A stretch of 63,997 nucleotides of DNA, the filler included, from Collodictyon triciliatum (lineage: Eukaryota), in the NCBI GenBank assembly GCA_043381765.1. It is 6 parts of 6 records of this genome, joined end to end, with 100 filler letters (N's around TTAATTAATTAA, not from the genome) between each part and the next. Parts side by side here need not be neighbours in the genome. Positions count along the whole stretch, not along the records: positions 1 to 20,221 come from JBHJMP010001250.1; positions 20,322 to 29,048 come from JBHJMP010001252.1; 4 more parts are not named here. The stretch is one strand, 5' to 3'. Positions 11,356 to 23,542 of this stretch are shown here, piece by piece. A model generated the notes under the pieces. That model did no database searches. It was not told the origin of the DNA and worked only from the letters and a program-made list of their open reading frames with translations. Each line of letters begins with the position of its first letter. Within the stretch, counting starts at the first letter, position 1. The translations under genes were made by a program, and so were the position numbers.

Positions 11356-11931
11356 NNNNNNNNNNNNNNNNNNNNNNNNNNNNNNNNNNNNNNNNNNNNN
11401 NNNNNNNNNNNNNNNNNNNNNNNNNNNNNNNNNNNNNNNNNNNNNNNNNNNNNNNNNNNNNNNNNNNNNNNNNNNNNNNNNNNNNNNNNNNNNNNNNNNN
11501 NNNNNNNNNNNNNNNNNNNNNNNNNNNNNNNNNNNNNNNNNNNNNNNNNNNNNNNNNNNNNNNNNNNNNNNNNNNNNNNNNNNNNNNNNNNNNNNNNNNN
11601 NNNNNNNNNNNNNNNNNNNNNNNNNNNNNNNNNNNNNNNNNNNNNNNNNNNNNNNNNNNNNNNNNNNNNNNNNNNNNNNNNNNNNNNNNNNNNNNNNNNN
11701 NNNNNNNNNNNNNNNNNNNNNNNNNNNNNNNNNNNNNNNNNNNNNNNNNNNNNNNNNNNNNNNNNNNNNNNNNNNNNNNNNNNNNNNNNNNNNNNNNNNN
11801 NNNNNNNNNNNNNNNNNNNNNNNNNNNNNNNNNNNNNNNNNNNNNNNNNNNNNNNNNNNNNNNNNNNNNNNNNNNNNNNNNNNNNNNNNNNNNNNNNNNN
11901 NNNNNNNNNNNNNNNNNNNNNNNNNNNNNNN
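11356..11931. other. Assembly gap (N run)
   Basis: Run of N without a linker. Confidence 0.99.
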
Positions 11932-12244
11932 TGGAGTTGTGACGTGAACACAAAGCGATTCGACAGAAGTAACGGAATCGTGGAAACAAGAAAAGAAACA
12001 TAAATCCCCGAAATGTCCAAAGATATGTGTCCCTTGTGAAATCGCAGCTAACATCTTCGGCAATAAACTGCTATCCCATATTAATAATCCGGCACATATA
12101 AATTCTTTGATAAAAGAAGCGTTGAACTCTTTGATTTTTTTATTCCATTCTTTTCGGTAAAGTCGGGCGTGTTTTCGTTGGGGCAAGCGCGCAGAATATC
12201 CCGGTTGTGCAACTGGATGTATAATCATGAATACCGTGCAGCGT

Positions 12245-13830
12245 TCAACAGAGATTGGACAGTGTGTTTCGAGAAATATCCAGGGACTCAATCCATGTCA
12301 CCAGCAGCAGACAAAGAGGAAACTCACGAAACTTTATATAATTGTATGCAATTTTAATGGTGGAAAAAATAAAGAAATCTATGGCCATCGCGTTATAATA
12401 GAATCAAAACTTTGTTATCGCTTAGGTTGATAATCTTCAGGTTTGTTAACTGGCCGACAGATTCTGGCACGCTCGATAACTTAAAGGGTAAAAACGATAT
12501 TTTAAAATAAAATAAAATAAAGTAGTTACTGCAAATATTTAGAATCCAAAATGGTGTTCTTGGTGGAATCAAAGTCATAACGTGACTTAAAGCCTACCGA
12601 GTTTCCTGATAAATCAAGAAATTCCAACCAAGGCATTTGCAGCAGAGCAGAAGGGATGATGTCGAACTGCAATTTTATCATTTACGAGAAATTAAGGTCC
12701 CGATGTGGTTAAACAAACCAGTCTGTTCGATTATAATAAGTGAGTAGTAAAAGGCATTGTCGACCCACTTTATTGTGACTTAAATTCAGTGTTCTAAGAT
12801 GTACCAAGGTAGCGAATGCTTCTGGCATAAAAGCAATCTAAACAGATGTAATTATCATCACCAAAACACCACAACAATGGAGGAGCTGGTGAATTTCTAT
12901 CATGATTCAATTACAAGTAGTGAATTGCGCATTAGATTAAGTAAACGACTTGGTTGAAAGACATGTCCAAGGACTCCAGCCTATCCCACATCCCGATGAA
13001 TGGTGTAATGTCTGCGGTAAAGTTAGCTATAGAAACATGGTCGTAGAGTTGAAGTGTATGCAAAGCATCCGAAACGCTACATTCTGACCATTCAGACTCT
13101 CCCGAGTTGGACCAACACGGCAGAGTTGTTATATCTTTCGGAGCCCGCCTAACGCTGATAAGACCATCACATTCGATGTACATATCTTGTAACTTGTGCA
13201 TGTGGGCGATTTCTGCAGGAAGTGCTTCAATCTATGTTTTATTCGGAAATACGAGAACAGATTAGAAAGAAAATGTATCTTATTCTTATATGCACGGTGC
13301 GTTACAGTCGAGTTCTCGTTTAAAGTTTAATACGATATCATAGCATCATATTCAAAGTCTACCATATTGAAGCAAATGTTCAGAGTCTCTAGATTACTGA
13401 GAAATGATATTGCAGGAGGTAAAAAGCTGAGTCGGTTGCCGTGGAGGTCGAGAACCGATAGTTTGACCAGCGATGACACCCCATCATCCAATATCGTCAG
13501 AGCGTTTTTTTGGAGCTGCAGTTCTGTGAGTGAGGTCAACAGGAAAACATCTTTTGGCAGGCGATCAAAGTTATTTCGTGATAAGGATAACGCTTTCAAC
13601 GAGGTTAAGAGCGAAAATCCAAAGGGCAAGTGAGTCAGCAAGTTTTTGCTTAGATACAAGACTCTGAGATTGGTCAAAAACGAGACGCAATGGGGCAAGC
13701 TTTTCATCGGCTCACGGTGTTGTGAAAGGTCCATATGGGTGCACTCCATTAGAGGAACCTTGGCAGGAAGTATCCATGGTTGACGCTCCTCTATTTCCTT
13801 GAGAGCGTTCGCTCCTTGGGGTGTTTCCAT
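12245..13830 (-). CDS. Leucine-rich repeat protein, multi-exon
   Basis: LxxLxLxxNxL repeats (LRVLYLSKNLLTHLP, LSVLDLHGNRLSFLP, LRTLNLSHNK, LKIINLSDNK|FREFP..LDISRNTLSNLC*). Phase-0 GT-AG introns follow the N-x position. Confidence 0.82.
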
Positions 13831-13909
13831 TGATGGCCGTTCAGCTCAACCTTATTGTAATGCGTTTCTCGTATTATGTCCAATAAAGAAAAACAAGGGC
13901 CTGTAGTAT

Positions 13910-14528
13910 TAAAAAAAAAAAAAGAGAGAGAGAGAGAAAGAAGAGAGAAAAGAAGAGGAAAAAGAAGAGGAAAAAGAAGAGGAAAAAGAAGAGGATAGAA
14001 ATAGAAAGAAAGAAAAAGAAAGAAAAGAAAGAAAAAGAAGAAAAAGAAAGAAAAAGAAAGAAAAAGAAAGAAAAGAAAGAAAAAGAAAGAAAAAGAAAGA
14101 AAAAGAAAAAGAAAGAAAAAGAAGAGGAAAAGAAGAGGAAAAGAAAGAAAAAGAAAGAAAAAGAAAGAAAAGAAGAGGATAGAAATAGAAAGAAAGAAAA
14201 GAAAGAAAAAGAAAAAGAAAAAGAAAGAAAAAGAAGAGGAAAAGAAAGAAAAAGAAAGAAAAGAAAGAAAAAGAAGAGGAAAAGAAAGAAAAAGAAAGAA
14301 AAGAAAGAAAAAGAAAGAAAAAGAAAGAAAAGAAAGAAAAAGAAAAAGAAAGAAAAAGAAAGAAAAAGAAAGAAAAAGGAAGAAAAAGAAAAAGAAAGAG
14401 ACAAAAAGGAAGTGGACATTGACCAGTCATATAACTACACACAACCTAGAGTTTTGCTGCAGGTGCTTGTCAGAACTTATTTATTTTTGTTCCGGCTGTC
14501 AAATCAAAACAAGACAAAACAACAACAA

Positions 14529-14602
<74 letters not shown>
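13910..14602 (+). repeat. Long A/G low-complexity tract plus poly(A) run (14531-14602)
   Basis: Direct reading. Confidence 0.9.
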
Positions 14603-14604
<2 letters not shown>

Positions 14605-14791
14605 GTTTTAGAGGGAGCCGTGTGTGAGTGGAATTTGAACAAAAAAGAAAAAGAAGCAATGAACAATGAAGTAAAACGGGCTGCTTGGTGTTTTAATGTT
14701 GGAATGGCTAATCCGATGATTGAGTCAAAAAGAAAGAGGTTGCGTTTCTTATCCTGGCCGAAAAGGAGCTCTACGAGACATCACTTGGGGC

Positions 14792-15613
14792 TCAAGTCGA
14801 GGCTTCTGTGCGGTCGATTGGGACGCTGCGAATGGTGGGGTCATTGTTGCGCTTTTCTGCAGAGGCGGCCAAATCCAAAGTTACCGGTGTCTGCAGATAT
14901 CGGGTCTCGATGGCAAAGACAGACTGGAAGGCATTTACAAAGGCATTTCCCACACCCGCCTCGGCCCACGGAGCCTCAGATGAAGTCTCTGACTCACGGG
15001 TGCAGCTTTTGGAGAGTTCTTGCTCCACAGACGTGACTGGGCAGCCGTGAATCCCACAAGGGACGATGGCTTGAAAGTGAGAGACGGGCTCGATGGTGCG
15101 GTTGAGGGAGATGCCTTGCGATGTGACCCAGGAGGACACGTGAATGCCAACGAACCCGATTTTACGCATGTGCCCCTCGCCAGAAGGACGGCTTGCTTGC
15201 AGGTTAATCCACACTCCCGTGTGCTTGGGATGTCTCGTGGCCTGCGGCAATCCCAGTGCATCGCATGTGCGAATCAGAGTCTCTTCCAGGTCGTTCACGT
15301 ACCGCCGAAGATCGGCTCGCTTGAGCGCTTTCAGGTCAAGCAAAGGGTATGCCACGAGTTGGCCCGGGCCGTGATAAGTTACGTCTCCGCCTCGTGGGGC
15401 TGCCACAATCGGGATGCTGTGTCCATGAAGCGGATTCGTTTGCGTCTGTGCTCCTCGGCGCTGACCGTATGTGTACACCGGGTCGTGCTCCAGAAGCAGG
15501 AGGAGCGAGTGCCTTAATCCCCGCCTGAGTTGCTCCGTGTAGATTTTTTGCATCTGCTGAACCTGGTCGAAGCCGATGCGGCCCAGCCTCGCAACATAAA
15601 CTACCTCGCTCAT
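14792..15613 (-). CDS. LIPT2: Lipoyl(octanoyl) transferase LipB/LIPT2, intronless
   Basis: LLLEHDPVYTYG, RGGDVTYHGPGQLVAYP, TGVW, RKIGFVG and IVPCGI motifs; ATG at 15613. Confidence 0.92.
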   Translation of the reverse strand: MSEVVYVARLGRIGFDQVQQMQKIYTEQLRRGLRHSLLLLLEHDPVYTYGQRRGAQTQTNPLHGHSIPIVAAPRGGDVTYHGPGQLVAYPLLDLKALKRADLRRYVNDLEETLIRTCDALGLPQATRHPKHTGVWINLQASRPSGEGHMRKIGFVGIHVSSWVTSQGISLNRTIEPVSHFQAIVPCGIHGCPVTSVEQELSKSCTRESETSSEAPWAEAGVGNAFVNAFQSVFAIETRYLQTPVTLDLAASAEKRNNDPTIRSVPIDRTEAST

Positions 15614-16004
15614 GCTTGCGTCTGCCTGCAGGTGGGATGAAACTTTTACTGTGTGATCTGATCCTGTGCAGCTTTTTTTTTCTTTCCCTTTCTTTCCTTC
15701 CTTTCCTTTGGTCTTGTCTGGTCTCGTCTGCTTTCCCATCACACGCGCCCTGCAGATTCAGGCTTCTGTTTGCGGAACGTGGAGGATTGACTCCGCCCTT
15801 TTCCAGAATTGTAATTATTTCATTCATACCAAATCAATGACCAGACAACGGACTGTATCACAACCGAAATCACAAGAGAATCCCTTTTCGCCATTGATCA
15901 GAGTGCGGGCAAAGATCATGGCGGATGTTTCAAGTTTGCGGCTGCCTGCTGGTGAGTCTGAGAGGCAACAACGAAAAACCTGACACATAACTCTATCCAC
16001 TAGA

Positions 16005-16226
16005 ATGAACCGCTACAAGCTCGTCAAGCAGCTTGGTGATGGAACGTACGGCTCCGTCTCGAAAGCAACTAACAAGCAAACGGGCGAAGTGGTTTGAGCT
16101 TCTTTTTTTTTTTTTTTACTTGTCGTTCCTAGACCTATTGTTGCTACTTCTCTTGTCTGGTATGCACGGTAGTACACAGCCTATTTTATGTGTGATTACC
16201 CTGTGAAGTTGTACTTCAGTTTAGCA

Positions 16227-16325
<99 letters not shown>

Positions 16326-18447
16326 CGAAAAAACAAAAAACAAACATAGGTGGCTATCAAGAAAATGAAGAGGAAGTTTTATAACTGGCAAGAATGTATG
16401 GATCTTCGAGAAGTGAAGGTTTTCATTTCTATTACAAAGCGACTAAATGATGATTCATGTAACCCTCTCGACTTAGTGCCTCTGGTTTTGTTGTTTTCTA
16501 ACGTCGCCTTATCTTATCCCCTACTTATGATCCTTCGTCAGTCTCTGCGAAAGATGAATCATCCAAATATCATCAAACTCAAGGAGGTGATTCGAGAGAA
16601 CGATGAGTTATTCTTTGTCTTTGAGTATATGGAGAATAACCTATACCAGTTGATGAAAAGCCAGGACCGCCTTATATCAGAGGCTACGATCAAGAGCCTA
16701 ATGTATGTCCTCCTGTGGTTTAATGCCTGCAGAATCTTTTCATCATGATATATATATATACGTTTATATACCACGTGCAGCACTGATTTCCACATCACAA
16801 AAAACGAACAAGAAAACAAAAACTAAAAAAGGCCCGATTTGGACGCCAAATTAGACATCTTATAATGAAATACTGTATCAGTCGAATACCTTATTGCGTA
16901 ATTCTGTTAATTGATTTATTATTACGTCCACAAAATAAATGAGTAGGCGCCTTTACCATTTGAATTGATTACAGGTACCAGCAGATCAATGGCGTGGCAT
17001 ATATGCATAAGCACGGTTTCTTCCACCGAGATATTAAGCCTGAAAATATGCTTATGATCAAAGATGTAGTCAAAGTTGCTGACTTTGGGCTTGCCAGAGA
17101 GATTCGCTCTCGTCCGCCATACACCGATTACGTCTCCACGCGATGGTTGTCACATTGCATCAGAATATTTGAACATATCTAGCATATTCTTTATTTGGGG
17201 CGCATAATAAGCTCATTCGCCTAATCCTTCCTTCCTTCCCTCCCTCCTTCCTTTATTTCATTTTCTATTTTAAAAAACTACCAGAATCTACCAGCAGACC
17301 AGTCTGAATGCCATTTCTGTAGGTATCGAGCACCCGAAGTTCTGTTGCGTTCACCCAGCTACAACAGCCCCATGGACATTTGGGCCTTGGGTGCAATCAT
17401 GGCCGAGCTGTACACTCTGCGCCCACTATTCCCAGGAAACAGCGAAAGCGATCAGATTTACAAGATTTGCATAGTATTAGGCCCGCCTACAACACAAAGC
17501 TGGCCTGACGGACTTCGCCTAGCATCGGCCATGAACTTTAAATTTCCCCAAGTAAAAGCTTTTTTTTTTTAAAAAAAAAAAAGAATAGAAAAGAAGCTGT
17601 GGATATATTCATTTTATTTGAAATGTCCTATGTCAAAACTCTCATCATGCTATAGTGTGCGCCAGTTCCGTTATCCACGTTGATACCAAACGCATCTCCA
17701 GAGGCCATCCAAATCATAACAGAAATGCTGAGATACGACCCAAACAGAAGACCCACAGCCGTCCAACTATTGCAGCATCCTTATTTCACAAACGTACAGC
17801 TTCCAATTACACTTCAAGAGCCCGAATACAAGCCATCTGGCGCAGCAGCTCCGTATGAGCCAGAGACCAGCCATTTTCTTGCCCCTCCCAAGAAGGAAGA
17901 GCAAAATGCAAAGCCCAATCCGCCCAGCTCGCATTATAATCCAATAGCGAAAGGCTCCAAGTTCTTTCCTGACATCGCTCCGGCGGCTGCAGCTGCGAAC
18001 CACAGGTATATTTTTTTAATACATATGTCGTATCTTTATCATTGTTATTTCCCGTTTTATACAGAACAATACCACGAAATAAAATGGTTCACTCGTAAGT
18101 ATTCCATACTCACACCGCCACATAAGTTTTGGTCAGAAATATCATAGCAATCAAACTGATGTCTTCAACTATGATTGCAGTTCCCCAGACGGCGCAGCCC
18201 CCACCAAACAGTATGCCTCTAAAGGTATTTTCAGTACGCCTCTTCCTGCCATACAACGCGGTTCTAGCATCGCCGCTGGGGCACTCGCCGGTGTCCAGTA
18301 TCAATTCATTCCTTGCCATATCATCCTGGATGTCATAAGTGATATAGATAAAAAGAAAAGAAAAAGACGCATTATTATGTGCAATAATCTCCCAGTCCTG
18401 ATTATTTCTCTCGTAGGTACGACGCTTTTGGGCGACGTAAATACTGA
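16005..18447 (+). CDS. MAK/ICK (RCK family) Ser/Thr kinase, multi-exon
   Basis: [18 protein letters not shown]..|[42 protein letters not shown]..; [35 protein letters not shown] (TDY activation loop); low-complexity tail ending YDAFGRRKY*. Confidence 0.92.
16228..16324 (+). repeat. (AAT)n microsatellite in kinase intron
   Basis: Direct reading. Confidence 0.95.
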
Positions 18448-19173
18448 TCAGTTTGGATGCTGTTGTCGCTGGCATTTCAGAAAAAAAAACCTTCTCTTCC
18501 CCTTTCAACTTTCCTTGTCCTTGTCCTTGTCCTTCTCCAATTCCATTTCGATTATGCAGCTATTCTTTTCCCACATATGCCTTTACCTTTGACATTCCCC
18601 GGTGGATGGCTCTTTCATTCTTTTCTCTTTCTCTCTTTTCTCTTTCGTGTCTATCTTCATCAGATTGTTTCCCGAAAAATGACAAACGACGAGATCGCTC
18701 ACGAGGGGTTTCAAAATTGATGAAACCTTTGAATTTCGTAGTGTAGAGTACATCGCCTGCTTCCCTGAGTGGTTCTGCCTCATCTCAGCCCAAAAAAAAC
18801 AAACAAAATTAAAGTATCCTTAATTGAAATATATTCATGAGGAGGACTGGGCCCCAACAGTAGTTTGTCGCGGTGGCTTGCTTACTTTTGCTGTGTCGAA
18901 TACTCAATTTATTGGCGAGTAGAGAAACAATGAAGGACAAAATAAAAAAAAACTGTAAGAACGAAACAAGGCTAGTTGGCATGGTTGTTGCGGTTGCATA
19001 GACACTTCGAAGGAAAGCATCTGCTCTTTTTTTTCTTCTAGTTGTTGTTTCTTTTTACCGGCTACGTCTGACCATAATGTGATAATTGCCATCAGACGTG
19101 CGTAATGACATAAGAGAGGGAAGATTATATCAGCTGTCCAAAGCGCGGATAATGCGACCGAGTCATTTGCTAT

Positions 19174-20040
19174 CTACAGAAACTCTGCTCCGCCTTGCCT
19201 AATTCTTCCAAGTGCCCTCTCCGCATGAACTATCAAAAACCCAGCAGTCATCTTTTGTTCATCCAATGACTACAGCACAAGGCAGTATAGTTAGCATGGT
19301 GGTATATTAATCGGAGGGGAACTCAAACCAAAGTGAAAGAGGCTTCAAAAAACAACCCCGCCAAGGTGGAAATATCTCGCCCGTGTGATTATTCTCCTCA
19401 TTCGTCTTTCTTCCTTTAATTATAACTGATATGGAAGGGGATTTACCTTAAGAAGGCCTCTTAAAACATCAGCATCGAGCTCAATCTTTCCGTCTTGAGA
19501 GGTTCCTTGTTGTAGAATGACCAGGCATTCCTCACATCTGCTCATGAGATATTGAGCTCGTTCTAGAGCAACCTCCCAATTACCTAAAACAATGGAAGAC
19601 ATTAGTCATCCCATTAGGATATATGAACTAAATGGCGAGGGGATGGAAATGAGCATAAGTAATTTTGTGGAAAGATTGAAGATTCCCCTTTATACGATTC
19701 AAAGTAGGAAAGTTCCAAGAATTGTTTTGCCCAAACCTTGTGTGCCGCTGGAGGATAGATTACCACTGCTTTGCTGCATGTGATTGTAAATGATAGAGTA
19801 AGCTATGTTATTCCATTGTGTATTTTTAAGATAGGAAAGCTGCATATTCATATTCTGGGGAGTTTCTTTTTCTTCCATCGCTCATCTTTGAAAGGATATG
19901 ACAGAATTGTGTGAAAATCAATAGGAAGAAGGCAACTACGGCCAAGCTTCGGAGAAATAGCATGCTTTGTCCGGGGAATGTAAGCTTACCTCAAAAATAG
20001 GATTTCGAAAAGACCGAATCTCGTGTTGAGGTCTGAAAGC
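19174..20040 (-). CDS. 3' exons of a hypothetical protein (5' part cut by a contig join)
   Basis: Four phase-compatible GT-AG exons: FQTSTRDSVFSKSYFE|QSSGNLSSSGTQ|GNWEVALERAQYLMSRCEECLVILQQG..LRGLLK|SLDEQKMTAGFLIVHAERALGRIRQGGAEFL*. No family recognised. Confidence 0.5.
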
Positions 20041-20108
20041 TGAAAATGATGAGAATTAAGCAGGGCACCAGAATGTGGAGTTAAATTTGGCGATACTGTT
20101 ATTGTTTT

Positions 20109-20220
<112 letters not shown>

Positions 20221-20221
20221 T

Positions 20222-20321
20222 NNNNNNNNNNNNNNNNNNNNNNNNNNNNNNNNNNNNNNNNNNNNTTAATTAATTAANNNNNNNNNNNNNNNNNNNNNNN
20301 NNNNNNNNNNNNNNNNNNNNN
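20222..20321. other. Artificial contig linker (44N-TTAATTAATTAA-44N); also at 29049-29148, 49340-49439, 60908-61007, 62380-62479
   Basis: The same 100-nt construct occurs five times, has stops in all six frames, and is mostly flanked by simple repeats where assemblies break. Confidence 0.97.
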
Positions 20322-20370
20322 AAAATAAAAATAAAAAATAAAACAAAATAAAAATAAAAAATAAAACAAA

Positions 20371-20411
<41 letters not shown>

Positions 20412-23400
20412 GAAAAATCACGATACTATTTGCGAATTTTTGTCATCGAAAGTCAAGATGTATCCTTTTTCCGATAAGGAAGCTTTATCTCATGAAAATA
20501 TGCCCCATTTACAAAAGAAGACGAAAAAATTATAAATTTGAATTTAATAATTAAATATAGTTCACTTGCAAAAAATCCTAACGATAATAGTATAAAATCT
20601 CTAATATTAAGCATCATCAGATTTTGGCCATGCTAGATATATTAACTTTGTAAAATTGATTCTTACATATATTGTATCAATATTATAATATTTATAATGA
20701 ATTTAATTGTCTCAGCTATATAATCAATATTTAAGATTAACAAGATGAATTATCTACCTACATCATCTGCATTCACAAGTCGTTCATCTTTCAATAATCT
20801 TATTATGTATCACCTTATGTGTACTTAATTTACAAAAACTCTTTAAATTACGTATCTATTAGAAATGCTTTGTTATCTTCAGAAACTTGGTATCTATTTT
20901 TCTTTTTATTTTATTATTATTTAATCGATAGACTTTTATAAAGTGTGATTTAAAAACCCATCTTATCAACATATGAACCATTATGTCAACCAAATTGGAA
21001 AAAAAAATCCATAGCCCCGCTCAAAACTAGTTTGCCACTGAATGATACACCAACCCTTGAATGGCATGCAATATTTGCACCGCAGATTAACAACCCCCCT
21101 CCCCTACTCCCAACTTCCACCTATCTAGACCTTGTTCGTTTCTCCAAGTGAAAATGATTTTTAGGTTTCCGCCTAATAAAGAAATTCAATTGACAATTGA
21201 CCATTACTAATTTTTTCTAAATTAGTTTTAATTTTCTCCCTTAATTATTCAGCTATCGATTCATCAAATCCAACAAACCCATTCCTCCCCTACCGAATCC
21301 AAATTAATACGAGGTAATGAAAAACCATATCTGACATTTAATTTTATGTGTAGATTCGACTAACCAAGGATTTGCTATATGGTTCGCGCCCATTTATTTT
21401 TTTACAATTAACATCATTCACACATACAAATGAACTCTTTTTTATGCATGCAAAATATTTTCGTATATTTTGGTTGATTTTCAGAGTGGTTGATTCATAT
21501 TATTTATTATACATATGCACAAAGGATGCCCCTATCACTATTTCATATTTGATGATTCTGGCATTTTATTCAAATTATTTATATTATATGTTTCATTCTT
21601 CCTATCTGGTCAAAATATAGCTGAGTACGATTATTAAATATGTCTACATATTGATTCAGATATCTATCATATTCATCAATATTCCTAATATTCTATTATG
21701 GAATTCGTTCTGTCTATGTCAGTAGAAATGTAATATCTTTTAATAACTAAATTTTGAACTTTAAATTATTTCTTCAAATGAATGTGATTATAAATTAGAT
21801 GATATCGATAAGATTTATTTCTAAACGAAATATTTTATTTTACACCATAGTTTTAATTTTAGCTTTGTAGAAAAACTGATTTATCTGAGTTCCAAGGAAA
21901 CTGAAAAATTACACAGTTTAGAAATTCTCAATCAAATATAGGATTCATATATGATACATAAAGATTTATGGTCAAAAGAGTATAAAATCATTGTATCGAT
22001 TAAACTGATTATCAGTATGTTTGGTTATTATTAGCATGATTTATTTTGATTTAATGAATAGTATTAATATGATTGCTGACACGAATATCTCTTAAAGAGA
22101 TTTTTTTATGAATCCACAATTTAGAGCCTCCTGATAGAGAAAATGATATAATCATAATGAAACAGATGAATAAATGAAGACTAATACTGGTACTGATTAC
22201 GAATTATTGAACCTCTTATATATAATATGCAACACTCACACAAAATCTTTTAGTATTTCAATCAGCATTTTATGAAACTCAGCCGAATATTAGGATATGA
22301 TTTATCTTTTGGGCCCCATTTTCTACACAGTGATGGTTCTACATCAAGAGTAAGCATATTTAACTACATTAAATGATCCAGTGAACAGAAAGAAATCCTC
22401 ATTCAATCAATTTAATCATAATTTTAAAATCAAACAGATTTTATTGAGATTCTTTTTTCTAGAGCAATATTATTTCGCTTTTTTTTCTATTATTATCATT
22501 TAGTAAAGTCAAGCTTAAAGGTTTCTTTAATAATCGAATCAGTATGAATTGTGTAATTATATGAAATTTTTAATAGCTGATTATTTGAATAATTGTAACG
22601 TGTAATTATATTGTAAACAATAAAATGATTCGAATTCATGTATTCAGGACAATTAATTACAATTAATACGAATGCAACAAGATGAACAATTTTATTGCAT
22701 AGGACTGACATTAATTATTTTAGGAACGACCAAAGTTCTAGTCGTCACTATGATGTCTTCCAAATATTCTTTTCATTCTCCTTTGACTAATTTTAGTCAA
22801 GAAACAATCATATATAGAGCACAGGAATTATAATATATTTGAATAACAAAAATTCATTTGAATTTGCAATCAATCAATTGTAGACTTTCGGTGAATATCC
22901 AGGGATGTTGAATAATAGAATTATTTGTCTAGTTTATTATGAAATGCAAGATATGAGAGGATTATTGATACTGAATCTTGATATATGAGTTATCGAAAAG
23001 ACAAGTATTTTATCAATCTGAGTTGATTTATTACAAGGAAAGTTGAAAAAAATAATACAATAAATGTAAAAAAAAAAAATTTGAAATTAAAATTATACAC
23101 CAAGAAATTTTCATTTATCTTTCAGTGTGTATATGCCTTGATTCATTTTTATAAAGAACAAATTTCCTTCATTCTATCAAATTTATATTACATGAAAAAA
23201 TAATGAAATTTTTATATTGGTACATAATTTAAGCTTCGATTTGAGGACTCTTTTTTGGACATTCAACGTTCTTGAATTTAAGTTTGCTGAATATTCCTAT
23301 GTTTTGTGAAAAATATGTAAGCAGAACAAACAATACTCAAGTTTATTCTGAGAAATTAATTGCAATAGGATAGAAATGTACTCGCCAGATGAAAAAAGAA

Positions 23401-23542
23401 CAGTTTCTCTCCGCGATAACATCTTCGAATCGAGAATAATATATCCCAAAAAACCTGCTACGTGTGTTTCATATTTCAATATTTAAGAAAATATATGGTG
23501 AATAAGTCTCAATTTAAATATATATATACATCTAGATATTCG

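Noticed and set aside
11256-12291. Long ORFs spanning the N-gap, and poly-K/F/R ORFs at 3325-3603, 13874-14442, 40567-42047, 55819-56997 and 58507-58857
   Set aside because: Artefacts of N runs and simple repeats.
20266-20277. TTAATTAATTAA palindrome recurring five times
   Set aside because: It is always centred in 44+44 N, so it is an artificial contig linker. Adjacency across these linkers is not biological evidence.
20322-23500. 3-kb AT-rich stretch with short ORFs
   Set aside because: No recognisable protein motifs, RNA genes or repeat structure; treated as intergenic.
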